This document shows, in pieces, positions 33,602-43,527 of a DNA stretch of 64,000 bases (the first letter of the stretch is position 1; every line of letters begins with the position of its first letter). Origin of the DNA: Nannocystis bainbridge (GTDB taxonomy: Bacteria; Myxococcota_A; Polyangia; Nannocystales; Nannocystaceae). The translations under genes were made by a program, and so were the position numbers. Under the pieces are notes generated by a model, which was not told the origin of the DNA, ran no database searches, and saw only the letters and a program-made list of their open reading frames with translations. The stretch spans positions 3,104,001 through 3,168,000 of the forward strand of contig NZ_JAQNDL010000001.1 in NCBI RefSeq assembly GCF_028368995.1, in the 5' to 3' direction.

Positions 33602-34816
33602 TCACGGCACGTTCGCCAGCTCGGTCGCGCCGCGGCGGACCTTCTCGTAGTGCAGCACCGCCGGCAGCACCCCGAGCGCGCACAGCACCGCCGCCAGCAA
33701 GAAGTGCGCCCCGTAGCCGAACTTGGCCGCCGAGAAGCCTGAAAGCGCAGCCCCGATCCCGGTCGCCAGCACCACCACGCTGGCCTGGATCGTGTAGTCG
33801 GTGCCGGCGGTGCGTGGGCGTGACGCGTCCATCATCATCGTGAACAGCGCCGCCGTCGCCATCCCGCCCGAGAAGTGCTCGAACATGCAGAGCGCGTACA
33901 GCATCCAGCCCTCGCGCGCCCCCGCGGCCGCGATCGCGTACGACGCGACCGCCAGCGCCTGCACCGCCGCGAACACGAACAGGCAGCGGTAGCGGCCGTA
34001 GCGGGTCACGAATGCCCCGCCGACCATCGCCCCGACCAGCCCGGCCAAGAACCCCGCCGTGCCCGTCAGCCAGCCGATGTCGGCCAGGCCGAGGCCGAGG
34101 TCGATGAAGAACGGCCGCAGCATCCCGACCCCGAACGCCTCGCCGAGCTTGAACGCCGCGATCGCGGCCAGCCACGAGCCGACCCCCGGCCGGCGGAAGA
34201 ACTCGGTGAACGCGGCCAGCCCCGGGCGCTCCGCCTGCTCCGGCGCCGGCTCGCCGCGGAACGCCGCGATCGGCAGCGTCGTGAGCGCGATCGCCCCGGC
34301 CATGCACTGGCACACGCGGGCCCAGCCGAGCCACGGATACAGGATCAGCAGCACCCCACCGCACAGGATCATCCCCAGGCGATACGCCGCGACCTGCACC
34401 CCGTTGCCGAGCCCGCGCTCCTGCGGCGCCAGGATCGTCACCGCCAGCCCGTCGGTCGCGATGTCCTGCGTCGACGCCAGGAAGTTGAGGATCAGCACCC
34501 CGACCAGCATCGCCTGCAGGTCGACCGTCGGCTCGACCGTCGCCAGCACCAGCAGCGTGATCACCGTGAGCAGCTGCAGCGGCACGATCCAGCTGCGCCG
34601 GCGACCGAAGCGATCGAGCCCGTGGCGGTCGACCAGCGGCGCCCACGCGAACTTCAGCGCCCACGGCAGCGCCAGCAGCGACGCCAGCCCCACGCCCTCG
34701 AGCGACACGCCCTGCTCGCGCAGCATCGCCGGCAGGAACTGCGAGAAGAACCCGTACGGCATCCCCTGCGCCAGATACAGCGATGCGAGCAGCGCGAGCT
34801 TGCCGGCGGGCGTCAT
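33602..34816 (-). CDS. MFS transporter, AmpG/RhtX-FptX family
   Basis: LYLAQGMPYG, LPWALKFAWAPLVD, STQDIATDG, AGTDYT. Confidence 0.88.
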   Translation of the reverse strand: MTPAGKLALLASLYLAQGMPYGFFSQFLPAMLREQGVSLEGVGLASLLALPWALKFAWAPLVDRHGLDRFGRRRSWIVPLQLLTVITLLVLATVEPTVDLQAMLVGVLILNFLASTQDIATDGLAVTILAPQERGLGNGVQVAAYRLGMILCGGVLLILYPWLGWARVCQCMAGAIALTTLPIAAFRGEPAPEQAERPGLAAFTEFFRRPGVGSWLAAIAAFKLGEAFGVGMLRPFFIDLGLGLADIGWLTGTAGFLAGLVGAMVGGAFVTRYGRYRCLFVFAAVQALAVASYAIAAAGAREGWMLYALCMFEHFSGGMATAALFTMMMDASRPRTAGTDYTIQASVVVLATGIGAALSGFSAAKFGYGAHFLLAAVLCALGVLPAVLHYEKVRRGATELANVP

Positions 34817-35000
34817 CGTCCGCGCACGATAGCGCACCGCCCTGGCCGCCGCTCGCGCCGCACCATCTTCGGCGCGCTTCGCGACGCGCAGATGACGGTG
34901 CGTCCGCGATTTCGCAGCACCCCTCACCACCTGTCTCTTCGGACATCTCGTGACCCGGCCTGCGCTTGACGCTCGCGCGCGGCCAGGCGAAGGTCGCCCG

Positions 35001-37481
35001 ATGACCCGCGCCTATGCCTTGCCTTGCACGCTCGTCCTCGCGCTCGCCGGTTGCGGCGACGACGGGCGCCCGGCCGACGACGGCACCGCCACGCTCGCGA
35101 CCTCGACGCCGAACCTGACCGAGCCGACCAGCACCAGCGACGGCTCGACCGCCACCACCGCCCCGACCACCACCGACCCGACCACCACCGGCACCACCAC
35201 CGGCGGTCAGGGCAGCGGCGAGGCCGGCGAGCCGTGTGGCGTCAGCGCGGAGTGCAAGCCCGGCCTCGTGTGCGCCGGCGGCGAGTGTGCCCCGACCGAC
35301 GGCGAGTGTCAGACCGACGACGACTGCAGCGGCGACACCTACTGCTGCGCCGACGGCTGCCTCCCCGTCGGCGAGAGCCCCGCCGTCTGTATCCCGTACG
35401 GCTTCGATCCGAACCAGTGGAGCAACGACGAGTGCGTCGGCGACGTCACCATCGGCCTGTTCGAGCCGGCCGTGCAGTGCGAGTGGGCCGCCCCGCCCGA
35501 CGGCGATCCTTACCCCGGCCACAAGTCGGTGCTCACCACCCCGCTCATCTTCGACCTCCCGCACGGCAGCAACGTCGAGTTCCCGCAGGCCGAGATCGTC
35601 ATCGTCACTTACAACTACACCGACGGCGGCGAGCCGTCCGGCTGGGGCTCCGACCCCAACTACTACGGCGTCATCCGCATCCTCGACGGCACCACCTGCG
35701 CGCTGATCGAGTCGATCGACGACCCCGCCAACCGCATCATCGCCGCCAGCCCGCCGGCGATCGGCGACATCGACGGCGACGGCCTGGCCGAGATCGTCAC
35801 CCACCGCGCCGTGTCCGGCACGATCGCCTTCGGCTGGGACGTCGCCACCAAGAAGTACGTCACCAAGTGGGTCGCCGCCGGCACCGACTTCAGCATGGTC
35901 ACCCGCTGGGACGGCCCCTCGCTGCACGACCTCGACGACGACGGCGTCGCCGAGGTCATCACCGGCAGCGAGGTCTACGACGGCGCCAGCGGCACGCGCC
36001 TCAACCCCGGCCAGGTCGTGCCCGGCGCCGGCGCGGGCCGCTTCTCGGTCATCGGCGACCTCGACCAGGACGGCGCGGCCGAGCTGATCGGCGCCGGCGT
36101 GTGGCGCTGGAACGTCGGCACCAACACCTGGGACATGGCCTGGCCCGGCGACCCCGACGGCGGCGCCCACTACGGCTTCGCCGACTTCGGCACCCCCGGC
36201 GCCGACCCGGCCAGCTTCAACGCCGCCGCGCTCGACGGCCGCGCCGAGATCGTCAGCGTCACCGGCGGCCTGGTCGAGCTCTACACCCTCGAGGGCCAGC
36301 TGATCTTCAGCGCGGTCACGGACCTCGGCAGCGGCGGCCCGCCGACCATCGGTGACTTCGACGCCGACGGCTTCCCCGAGATCGCCAGCGCCGGCGGCAA
36401 GGCCTTCAGCATCTACGACCTCGACTGCAAGGACGGCCTCGCCCCCGGCTGCGTCGCGCCGTGGATCCGCTGGTCGCAGGCGTCGCAGGACCTGTCGTCG
36501 CAGAACACCGGCTCGTCGATCTTCGACTTCGAGGGCGACGGCGCCGCCGAGGCCGTCTACGCCGACGAGTGCTTCCTCCGCGTCTACGCCGGCGCCACCG
36601 GCGAGGTCCTCTACTCGACCTTCCGCACCTCGTGCACCTGGTACGAAAACCCCGTGGTCGGCGACCCCGACTACGACCAGAACACCGAGATCCTGGTCGG
36701 CTCGAACGACAACTGCAGCGTGGTCTGCCCCGACATCGACCCGATCCACCGCGGCCTGCGCTGCGAGACCGGCGAGGAGTGCGGCGCGCCGTTCATCTGC
36801 GACGCCGGCTTCTGCCGCTGCAGCGACGACACCCAGTGCGTCAGCGGCCACGCCTGCACCGAGCCGCTGGCCGGCACCCCGGGCGCCGGCAACGTGTGCC
36901 GCGCCGTCCACCCGCCGGGCGTCGGCCTCACCGGCCTACGTGTCCTTCGGGACAGGCTCGACCGCTGGGCCTCGTCGCGTCCGCTGTGGAACCAGCACGC
37001 CTACTCGGTCACCAACGTCGACGACGACGGCGGCATCCCTGCGATCTCGCAGTGGCAGCCGAACTTCACCCAGCCCGACCTCAACAACTACCGCCAGAAC
37101 CGCCAGGGTGACACGCCGCCGGCCGCCTTGCCCGACATCACCGGCAAGCTCGGCGACCAGAGCTGCATGGGCAAGGACGGCAAGGTGGTCCTGACGAGCA
37201 CCGTCTGCAACCGCGGCAAGAAGGCCGTCGGCGCCAACCTGCCCGCGACCTTCTACCTCGGCGACCCGGCCGACGGCATGGTCCTGTGCGTCGCGTACAC
37301 GTCCGAGCCCGTCCCGGTCGAGGAGTGCCGCGACGTCTCGTGCACCATCGACGACACCGTCGACGGCACCGTCACCGTGGTCGTCGACGACGACGGCCAG
37401 GGCGGCGAGTTCGCCCTCGAGTGCTTCGAGAACAACAACAGCGACGCCATCCAGATCAAGAACTGCAGCCCGGTCGGCTGA
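35001..37481 (+). CDS. FG-GAP/VCBS repeat Cys-rich lipoprotein
   Basis: LAGC lipobox; repeated GDIDGDGLAEI/DLDDDGVAEV/GDFDADGFPEI; WNQHAYSVTN. Confidence 0.85.
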   Translation: MTRAYALPCTLVLALAGCGDDGRPADDGTATLATSTPNLTEPTSTSDGSTATTAPTTTDPTTTGTTTGGQGSGEAGEPCGVSAECKPGLVCAGGECAPTDGECQTDDDCSGDTYCCADGCLPVGESPAVCIPYGFDPNQWSNDECVGDVTIGLFEPAVQCEWAAPPDGDPYPGHKSVLTTPLIFDLPHGSNVEFPQAEIVIVTYNYTDGGEPSGWGSDPNYYGVIRILDGTTCALIESIDDPANRIIAASPPAIGDIDGDGLAEIVTHRAVSGTIAFGWDVATKKYVTKWVAAGTDFSMVTRWDGPSLHDLDDDGVAEVITGSEVYDGASGTRLNPGQVVPGAGAGRFSVIGDLDQDGAAELIGAGVWRWNVGTNTWDMAWPGDPDGGAHYGFADFGTPGADPASFNAAALDGRAEIVSVTGGLVELYTLEGQLIFSAVTDLGSGGPPTIGDFDADGFPEIASAGGKAFSIYDLDCKDGLAPGCVAPWIRWSQASQDLSSQNTGSSIFDFEGDGAAEAVYADECFLRVYAGATGEVLYSTFRTSCTWYENPVVGDPDYDQNTEILVGSNDNCSVVCPDIDPIHRGLRCETGEECGAPFICDAGFCRCSDDTQCVSGHACTEPLAGTPGAGNVCRAVHPPGVGLTGLRVLRDRLDRWASSRPLWNQHAYSVTNVDDDGGIPAISQWQPNFTQPDLNNYRQNRQGDTPPAALPDITGKLGDQSCMGKDGKVVLTSTVCNRGKKAVGANLPATFYLGDPADGMVLCVAYTSEPVPVEECRDVSCTIDDTVDGTVTVVVDDDGQGGEFALECFENNNSDAIQIKNCSPVG

Positions 37482-37565
37482 GCGCGGGCGCGCCCGCGAG
37501 AAATCGCGCGGCCGCGTGCCTGCGCCGCGCTGGGCAGGCAGGCGACGAGCCCCTAAACTCGGCCC

Positions 37566-38594
37566 GTGCTCCCTCCTGCCCTGCGGCTCGGCGTCGCCCT
37601 GCTCCTGCTCCCCGCCTGCTTCAACCCGACCGGCGCCCTCACGACCGGCTCGACCGGCCCCGGCACCAGCGGCGACAGCGAGACCCTCACCGACGCGACC
37701 TCGACCTCGACGACCTCGCCCGGCAACACCACCCCGCCGACCACGCTGCCGTCGATGACCGAGGCGACCTCCGAGCCGACGTCGACCGAGCCGGGCCCCG
37801 GCACCACGCAGCCCTCGCCCATCTGCGGCGACGGCAACGTCGACAACGGCGAGCTGTGCGACGACGGCAACGCCGAAGAGACCGACGACTGCCTCAACAA
37901 CTGCCAGCTGGCCAGCTGCGGCGACGGCTTCGTCCACGCCAAGCGCGAGCTGTGCGACGACGGCCCCGACAACGCCACCGACGCCCCGTGCACCCCGGAG
38001 TGCACCCCGGCCACGTGCGGCGACAAGATCGTGTGCCACGACTGCGGCGAGGAGTGCGACGGCGGCCTCTGCGACGACGACTGCACCTTCAAGCAGCGCT
38101 ATGTGTTCGTCACCAGCAGCCTGTACCAGGGCAGCCTGGTCGGCGGCCTGTCCGGCGCCGACGACAAGTGCGTGCTCGCGGCCGGCAGCAATGCGGCGCT
38201 GGCCGGCCGCAAGTTCGTCGCCTGGCTCAGCACCAGCGAGGTCGACGCGAAGTCGCGGATCGGCGTGACGGACGACCCGTACGTACGCGTCGACGGCCAG
38301 ACGCTCGCGGTCGGCACGGCGGACTTCCTCGACATCACGTCGCCGATGATGGTGCCCATCGACGTCAACGAGAACGGCCAGATGGTGAACGACAGCCTGG
38401 AGGCCTGGACCGGCACCCAGGCCGACGGCCTCAAGTCGGTGACGACCCAAATGTGCGGCGACTGGGAGCGGGGCGAGGGCGACGGCCGCAAGGGCACGAT
38501 CAGCGAGAACGGCGTGCTGTGGACCGACGACGGCACGATCTCCTGCAACAGCACCGCCCGCCTCTACTGCATCCAGGTCGCCCCGCCGCCATGA
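37566..38594 (+). CDS. Lipoprotein with myxobacterial Cys-rich repeats (DUF4215-like) and a DUF1554-like C-terminal domain
   Basis: CGDGNVDNGELCDDGN repeats; YVFVTS...GGLSGADDKC...AWLS...WTGT...LYCIQ. Confidence 0.8.
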   Translation: MLPPALRLGVALLLLPACFNPTGALTTGSTGPGTSGDSETLTDATSTSTTSPGNTTPPTTLPSMTEATSEPTSTEPGPGTTQPSPICGDGNVDNGELCDDGNAEETDDCLNNCQLASCGDGFVHAKRELCDDGPDNATDAPCTPECTPATCGDKIVCHDCGEECDGGLCDDDCTFKQRYVFVTSSLYQGSLVGGLSGADDKCVLAAGSNAALAGRKFVAWLSTSEVDAKSRIGVTDDPYVRVDGQTLAVGTADFLDITSPMMVPIDVNENGQMVNDSLEAWTGTQADGLKSVTTQMCGDWERGEGDGRKGTISENGVLWTDDGTISCNSTARLYCIQVAPPP

Positions 38595-38596
38595 CA

Positions 38597-38685
38597 TGTC
38601 CCAAAGGCCATGTCATTCGCGCCGACCCGCGCGGCCGCGATCGCGGGCAGCATGTCCCTTTCGCCATGTCCTGAATGACATGTTA
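38597..38685. repeat. 14-bp palindrome cluster between convergent genes
   Basis: TGTCCCAAAGGCCA; TGTCCCTTTCGCCA|TGTCCTGAATGACA|TGTTA. Confidence 0.75.
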
Positions 38686-38689
38686 TTTT

Positions 38690-40078
38690 TCACGGCTTCT
38701 CCGGGTAGAGCTTGGCGCAGCGAGCGACCGCGCCGGCGTCGACCTGCGGCAGCGTGACCTTCGGCGGCGTCGCGTCCGGCGGCGCCGCGAAGTCGAACAT
38801 GTCCCACGGCGCCAGCGCGTTGGCGTCGCGGGCGGTCAGCGCCGGCAGGACGAAGCGGGCCTCGATGAAGCGGAGGATCGACGTGTGGTCGTAGACCTCG
38901 TGGCTGACGTGGTGCTTCTTCGCGTACGGCGAGACGACGATGAACGGCACGCGCGGCCCGAGCTGGTCGAACCGGCCCGGCCGGTCGTGCGGCTGCAGCT
39001 CCGGCTCGTGGGCGTCGGGCGGGCAAGCGGCCGGCGGCGCCACATGGTCGAACAGCCCGCCGTGCTCGTCGTACGCGAAGAACAGCGCCGAGCGCGACCA
39101 GTTCGGGCTCTTCAGCAGCGCAACGACCACCTGGGCCACGAACAGCTGCCCGAGCCCCGCCACCGACGGCGGGTGCTCCCACGTCGCCTGCGACTCCGGC
39201 GCGTCGAAGGTCGCGTTGACGAACGACACCGCCGGCAGCTTGCCCGCCGCCGCGTCGGCGAAATACTGCGCGATCGGCCGCCGCTGCGCCCCCGGGTCCG
39301 GCAGCATGCCGGTCAAAAAATCACCGAGCCCGCCCTCGTCGCTGAAGTACACCTTGAACTCGACGCCGCGCGTCACAAGGTGGTCGAAGATCGTCACGTC
39401 GGGCTTGAAGTTGACGTTGACGGTGCGCCCGTACGACGACCCCGCGTAGAGGTACATCCGGTTGGGCCAGGTCGGCCCCGGCACCGCGCTGAAGTAACGA
39501 TCGCCGAGCGCGAACTCGTTGGCCAGCCAGTAGTAAAACGGCAGGTCGGGCTCGTCGTAATAACCCATCGCCCGCTCGCCCTTCAGCGTTGCGTCGATCA
39601 CCTCGTCGCCCTTGCCCTCGTTGGTGCTGACGAACCCGTCCATCTTGCCGCCGGCGATCTGCTCGTGCACGGCGTCCCACGAGTGGTTGGTGTTGCCGAA
39701 GCAGGGATGCTTCTGGTGGTGGATCGCCACCGGGGCGCCGTCAGGCCCGGGGTTCGAAAAATCCACCGGCGCGACGTCGGCCTCCGGTTGCCCACGCACC
39801 GGGAGCATCTGAAAGTAGTGATCGAACGAGCGGTTCTCCTGCATGAGCACGACGATGTGATCGATCGGGATCTGGTCGCCGCCCGGATACGATTTGCCCT
39901 GCGTCTCCGCCGGCAACGCCCCGGCCTCGTAGTGACAACTGCCCCGCGCCTTGGCGGCCTCGGCGTCGCCCGGCGGCGTCACCGGCCGATCCCAGTCGGC
40001 CTCGGTGGTCTGCTCGCCCGTGTTGACGACGCAAGCCGCCACCACGGCCAGCGCCCCGACTCCTGCTCTTCGTGCCAT
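38690..40078 (-). CDS. Phosphoesterase (phospholipase C/AcpA family) lipoprotein
   Basis: IDHIVVLMQENRSFDHYF, GPTWPNR, YDEHGGLFDHV, GPRVP, YDHTSIL. Confidence 0.92.
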   Translation of the reverse strand: MARRAGVGALAVVAACVVNTGEQTTEADWDRPVTPPGDAEAAKARGSCHYEAGALPAETQGKSYPGGDQIPIDHIVVLMQENRSFDHYFQMLPVRGQPEADVAPVDFSNPGPDGAPVAIHHQKHPCFGNTNHSWDAVHEQIAGGKMDGFVSTNEGKGDEVIDATLKGERAMGYYDEPDLPFYYWLANEFALGDRYFSAVPGPTWPNRMYLYAGSSYGRTVNVNFKPDVTIFDHLVTRGVEFKVYFSDEGGLGDFLTGMLPDPGAQRRPIAQYFADAAAGKLPAVSFVNATFDAPESQATWEHPPSVAGLGQLFVAQVVVALLKSPNWSRSALFFAYDEHGGLFDHVAPPAACPPDAHEPELQPHDRPGRFDQLGPRVPFIVVSPYAKKHHVSHEVYDHTSILRFIEARFVLPALTARDANALAPWDMFDFAAPPDATPPKVTLPQVDAGAVARCAKLYPEKP

Positions 40079-40261
40079 GCCGGCTCCTCGCTCCGCTGCG
40101 AATCCGAACGCGAGCCCCCGCCGCCTCGCAAGCGGCCCGGTGCGCGCGGCCAGCCGGGTAGCACGCGCCCGCCTCCGCGCGAGCCAAGGCGCCCACGCCC
40201 GCGAGAACCCGCATGCTAACGTCCCGGCGCCCCAACGACGAGCCCATGCGGGGCCTCCGCC

Positions 40262-40495
40262 GACATGTCCCTTCGAACATGCCGGCGAGCGCTCGAGCGA
40301 CCGACTACATGTCCCTCAAGACATGTTCATTCGAGCGCTCCGGCGAGCGCCCGAACGACGCCGGCGACACGTCCTTCAAGACATGTCATTCGAAAATGCA
40401 TCCAGAATTCCGGCGAGCGCTCGAGCGAGCGGCGACATGTCTCTCAACCCATGTCCGTTCGCAGCAAACCTTTGGCATGTTTCTACGAGCGCCGG
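40262..40495. repeat. Mosaic repeat: 14-bp palindromes alternating with CCGGCGAGCGC(T/C)CGA(G/A)CGA
   Basis: Three copies of CCGGCGAGCGCYCGARCGA interleaved with ACATGTCC...RRACATG units. Confidence 0.8.
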
Positions 40496-40596
40496 GCCGA
40501 CCGCCGCCCTGAGCGAGCGACGCGCCTCCAGTCCGTCCCGCAGCCCCTGCCGCGCTGCGTGCAGCGTCCCGAGACCCGTTTTCAGGTCATGCGAGA

Positions 40597-42789
40597 TCAG
40601 CCCGCGCGGCGGCGTCGTCGGGCCAGCCCGAGCAGCCCGAACCCCAGCAGCGAGGCCTCCGGACCGTCCGCCGCCGCCGCACAGCCGCAGCCCTCCTTGG
40701 CCGCTCCGCCCGGCGCCCCGCTGTCGGATTCGCCGGCGGTGGTCGACCCTTCACCGCCCTCGCCCGGCCCCTCGCTCGTGCCCGGCTGTCCACCCGTCGG
40801 CGCCCCCGTCGTCACACCGGTCGTCGTCGCATCGGTCGTAGCCGCGTCCGTCGTCATCCCGCCCGTCGTCGAGGTGCCCGTCGTGGCGCCCTCCGAAGTC
40901 ATCGCGCCGGTCGTCGGCTCGGGCTCGGCGGTGGTCGGCTCCCCGCCGTCGGAGGTCGCGTCCGAGTCGCTGGGATCCGGCAACGGATCGGGCTCGCCGA
41001 CCTCGTCGCCGCTGTCGAGCCCGCCGCAGTGCAGCCCGCCGCAGCACGGATCGATCATCGTCTGCGCCAGCACCTCGGTGAACATGTGCTCGAAGATCGC
41101 CGCGAAGGCCGCCTGCAGCTCGACCTGCGAGTCCCCAGCCGGGAAGAAGTCGAGCGCGCCGCCCGAGCCCCACGCCGCCATCATCGTCAGCTGCTCGACC
41201 GCCTCCGGCGCCGCGGCCAGCTCGCCGAGCCCGAGCACGTACGTGCGCACCCCGTCGGTGACCATCTGCTCGAGCGACGCCTGCACGTCCGCGTCGACCG
41301 AGTCATACGTGCCGTCCATGATCAGCACGTTGTAAAATTTCGTCTGCGCGTCGCAGGTGTGCGCCGCGTCCACGGCCAAGCAGCTCGAGCGGGCCTCGGC
41401 CAGGTGTCCCTGCACCAGCTCGAGCCCGAGGTGCACGAACGCCCCCGAACCGGCGCACGCGTCCGGCTTCTGCGGATCTTCGTCGCAGCGCGGCACATGG
41501 CTCTGCACCGACGTCGTCGGCCCGGGGAACATGATCTCGTCGGTCTTGAAGGTCCACGTGATCGGCGGCCCCCCCCACGGGTCGACGCACCCCGGCGCCA
41601 CACACGAGGTCTGCGGGTCGAGCGCCCAGGCGAGTACGCCGCCGCGGCATGGCGCGTAGTCGACGACGAGCTCGTGCTCGGCCGGCGCATCATCGCCGAA
41701 CACCGTCGCGCCGACGATCGTCCACATGTCGAGCGGCACACTCCCCCCGGCCAGCGGCAGCGTCCCCTGGTTCAGGGCTGTCTCGATCCCCCCGTTGCGC
41801 AGCAGGTCCCAGCGCGTCTGCCCCATCGCCCCGTGCACGCTGTCGCCCATCACGTTGAGCATCGACGACGACCCGTCGAGGATGAACATGACGCGCGGCC
41901 GCCTCGGGTCGCAGACCGGTTGAACGACCCCGCCGATGATCGCCTGGATCATCATCTTCAACGCGTCATTGAGCATCGACAGCTCGACGAACGCATGATC
42001 GGTGCCGCCGGCCGCCGCCAGCTCGCTGGCCTTCGCCGTGCCGGCGGCGTCGCCGACCGACAGCACGTAGGTCGGGATCGCCGCCTCGTTCCACATGGCC
42101 AGCGCGACAGCCGACGGATCGGCCTCCGGCGGCTGCAGCACCTGGGTGTTCTCCCCATCGCTCCACACGCCCTGCGTGATCACGATCAGCGCCGGCTTGC
42201 GCGCGTCCGGCCCGACCTCCTCTGGATGATCGGCGGCCGCTGCCGCGAACAGCGAGCCGGCCCGAATCAGCGCCCCCGCCGTCCACGCCCCGATCCCGCT
42301 CGGAGCCCCGTCGAGCGGCGGCGGCACTGCGGCCAGCGTTTCCTTCACGGCCACGCCGTTGCACTGAAAATAATCCTTGTCGGGCGCGAGCGGATCATAG
42401 AACCCGACATCGAGCTTCTGCCCGTCGACCAGCCCGCTCGAATCACCGACGATCGTCGTGCCCGTCTGCTCGACGTCGGGGTCGTGCCCGAAGCGCATCA
42501 GCGCCAGCATGGTGTTGCCCTGGATGTAGCCGTTGTCGCCGTCGACGATCCCTTGCACCGCCGCGACCGCTCGCTGCCAGCGCGTCTCGTCGGCGTCGAA
42601 CATCGCGTTCATCGCCGTCGAGTAGTCGAGCGCGATCAAGAACAGCGGCTTGGTGAAGGTGCATTGCCCCTCCATGACGCACACCGGGGCCGCGCGCGAC
42701 GGCTCCACGCCCACCATGGCCAGCCCCGCCCCGGCGAGGATCCCGAATTGCGAACCGATGCGCTTCCACGACCGCAGGGTCTCGCTCAT
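40597..42789 (-). CDS. Double VWA-domain surface protein with MYXO-CTERM sorting signal
   Basis: Signal peptide; LDYSTAM and LDGSSSM VWA motifs; Thr-rich linker; C-terminus GCGC...LLGFGLLGLARRRRR. Confidence 0.82.
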   Translation of the reverse strand: MSETLRSWKRIGSQFGILAGAGLAMVGVEPSRAAPVCVMEGQCTFTKPLFLIALDYSTAMNAMFDADETRWQRAVAAVQGIVDGDNGYIQGNTMLALMRFGHDPDVEQTGTTIVGDSSGLVDGQKLDVGFYDPLAPDKDYFQCNGVAVKETLAAVPPPLDGAPSGIGAWTAGALIRAGSLFAAAAADHPEEVGPDARKPALIVITQGVWSDGENTQVLQPPEADPSAVALAMWNEAAIPTYVLSVGDAAGTAKASELAAAGGTDHAFVELSMLNDALKMMIQAIIGGVVQPVCDPRRPRVMFILDGSSSMLNVMGDSVHGAMGQTRWDLLRNGGIETALNQGTLPLAGGSVPLDMWTIVGATVFGDDAPAEHELVVDYAPCRGGVLAWALDPQTSCVAPGCVDPWGGPPITWTFKTDEIMFPGPTTSVQSHVPRCDEDPQKPDACAGSGAFVHLGLELVQGHLAEARSSCLAVDAAHTCDAQTKFYNVLIMDGTYDSVDADVQASLEQMVTDGVRTYVLGLGELAAAPEAVEQLTMMAAWGSGGALDFFPAGDSQVELQAAFAAIFEHMFTEVLAQTMIDPCCGGLHCGGLDSGDEVGEPDPLPDPSDSDATSDGGEPTTAEPEPTTGAMTSEGATTGTSTTGGMTTDAATTDATTTGVTTGAPTGGQPGTSEGPGEGGEGSTTAGESDSGAPGGAAKEGCGCAAAADGPEASLLGFGLLGLARRRRRAG

Positions 42790-43058
42790 GCCCCGCCAGT
42801 TCATCCGCGGCGGCCGTCCGCGTCAATTCCACCTCGCGCTCCGCGCCCACGCCTCAGCTCGTCGGCCTCACCGGCGGATCACCATCTCCGAGCCGATCGC
42901 CGCCCGCGCTTCATTCCGTCGTCGCCATCACTGGCACGATCCGCACACCGATCAAGCTCCAAAAGTCTGACACCACGCTTCATCTGCCATCGACCCGAAA
43001 GATCGACGTCGTGTTTCACCGCGACCTCGAGCGACACGCGTCGCCGGCCGCCGGTCGC

Positions 43059-43376
43059 TCACGAAGCGTTCTGCTCGACCGCGGCTCGCAGGGCTGACAC
43101 CGATGCCGTGCGCAAATACACCACCTTGGTGTCGTCGGTGACGAGGTCCTTGATCTGGTCGCGGAGCGCGTGCGAGACCATGCCGACCATCACCACGACG
43201 AGCGCGATCTTGCCGGCTCCGTGACGCACGCCCGGGGGGATCCGCTGCTCGAAGTGGCGGAGCGACCAACCGAAGCGTTGCGCGACTTCGCGGTAGCGGC
43301 TCGACATCCCACCGTGTCCGCCCACGACCACGACCGTCGACTCGCTCGCCTCTTTTTTCTCCTGCTTGGTAGCCAT
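43059..43376 (-). CDS. DUF2325-family small protein
   Basis: VVVVGG...VVMVGMVSH...SVSAL pattern. Confidence 0.7.
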   Translation of the reverse strand: MATKQEKKEASESTVVVVGGHGGMSSRYREVAQRFGWSLRHFEQRIPPGVRHGAGKIALVVVMVGMVSHALRDQIKDLVTDDTKVVYLRTASVSALRAAVEQNAS

Positions 43377-43527
43377 GCCCCTGCTTGTGCAACGCGCGGG
43401 CCAACATCGATCCGACGCATACGCGGGCGCAGGCCCCCCTGCGCCCTATTCCCAAATATTTACGTTTGTCATTTTGGCACGCGGCCGGACGACGCGGTGC
43501 CACGAGGATGATCTACCCTGCGGGGGC

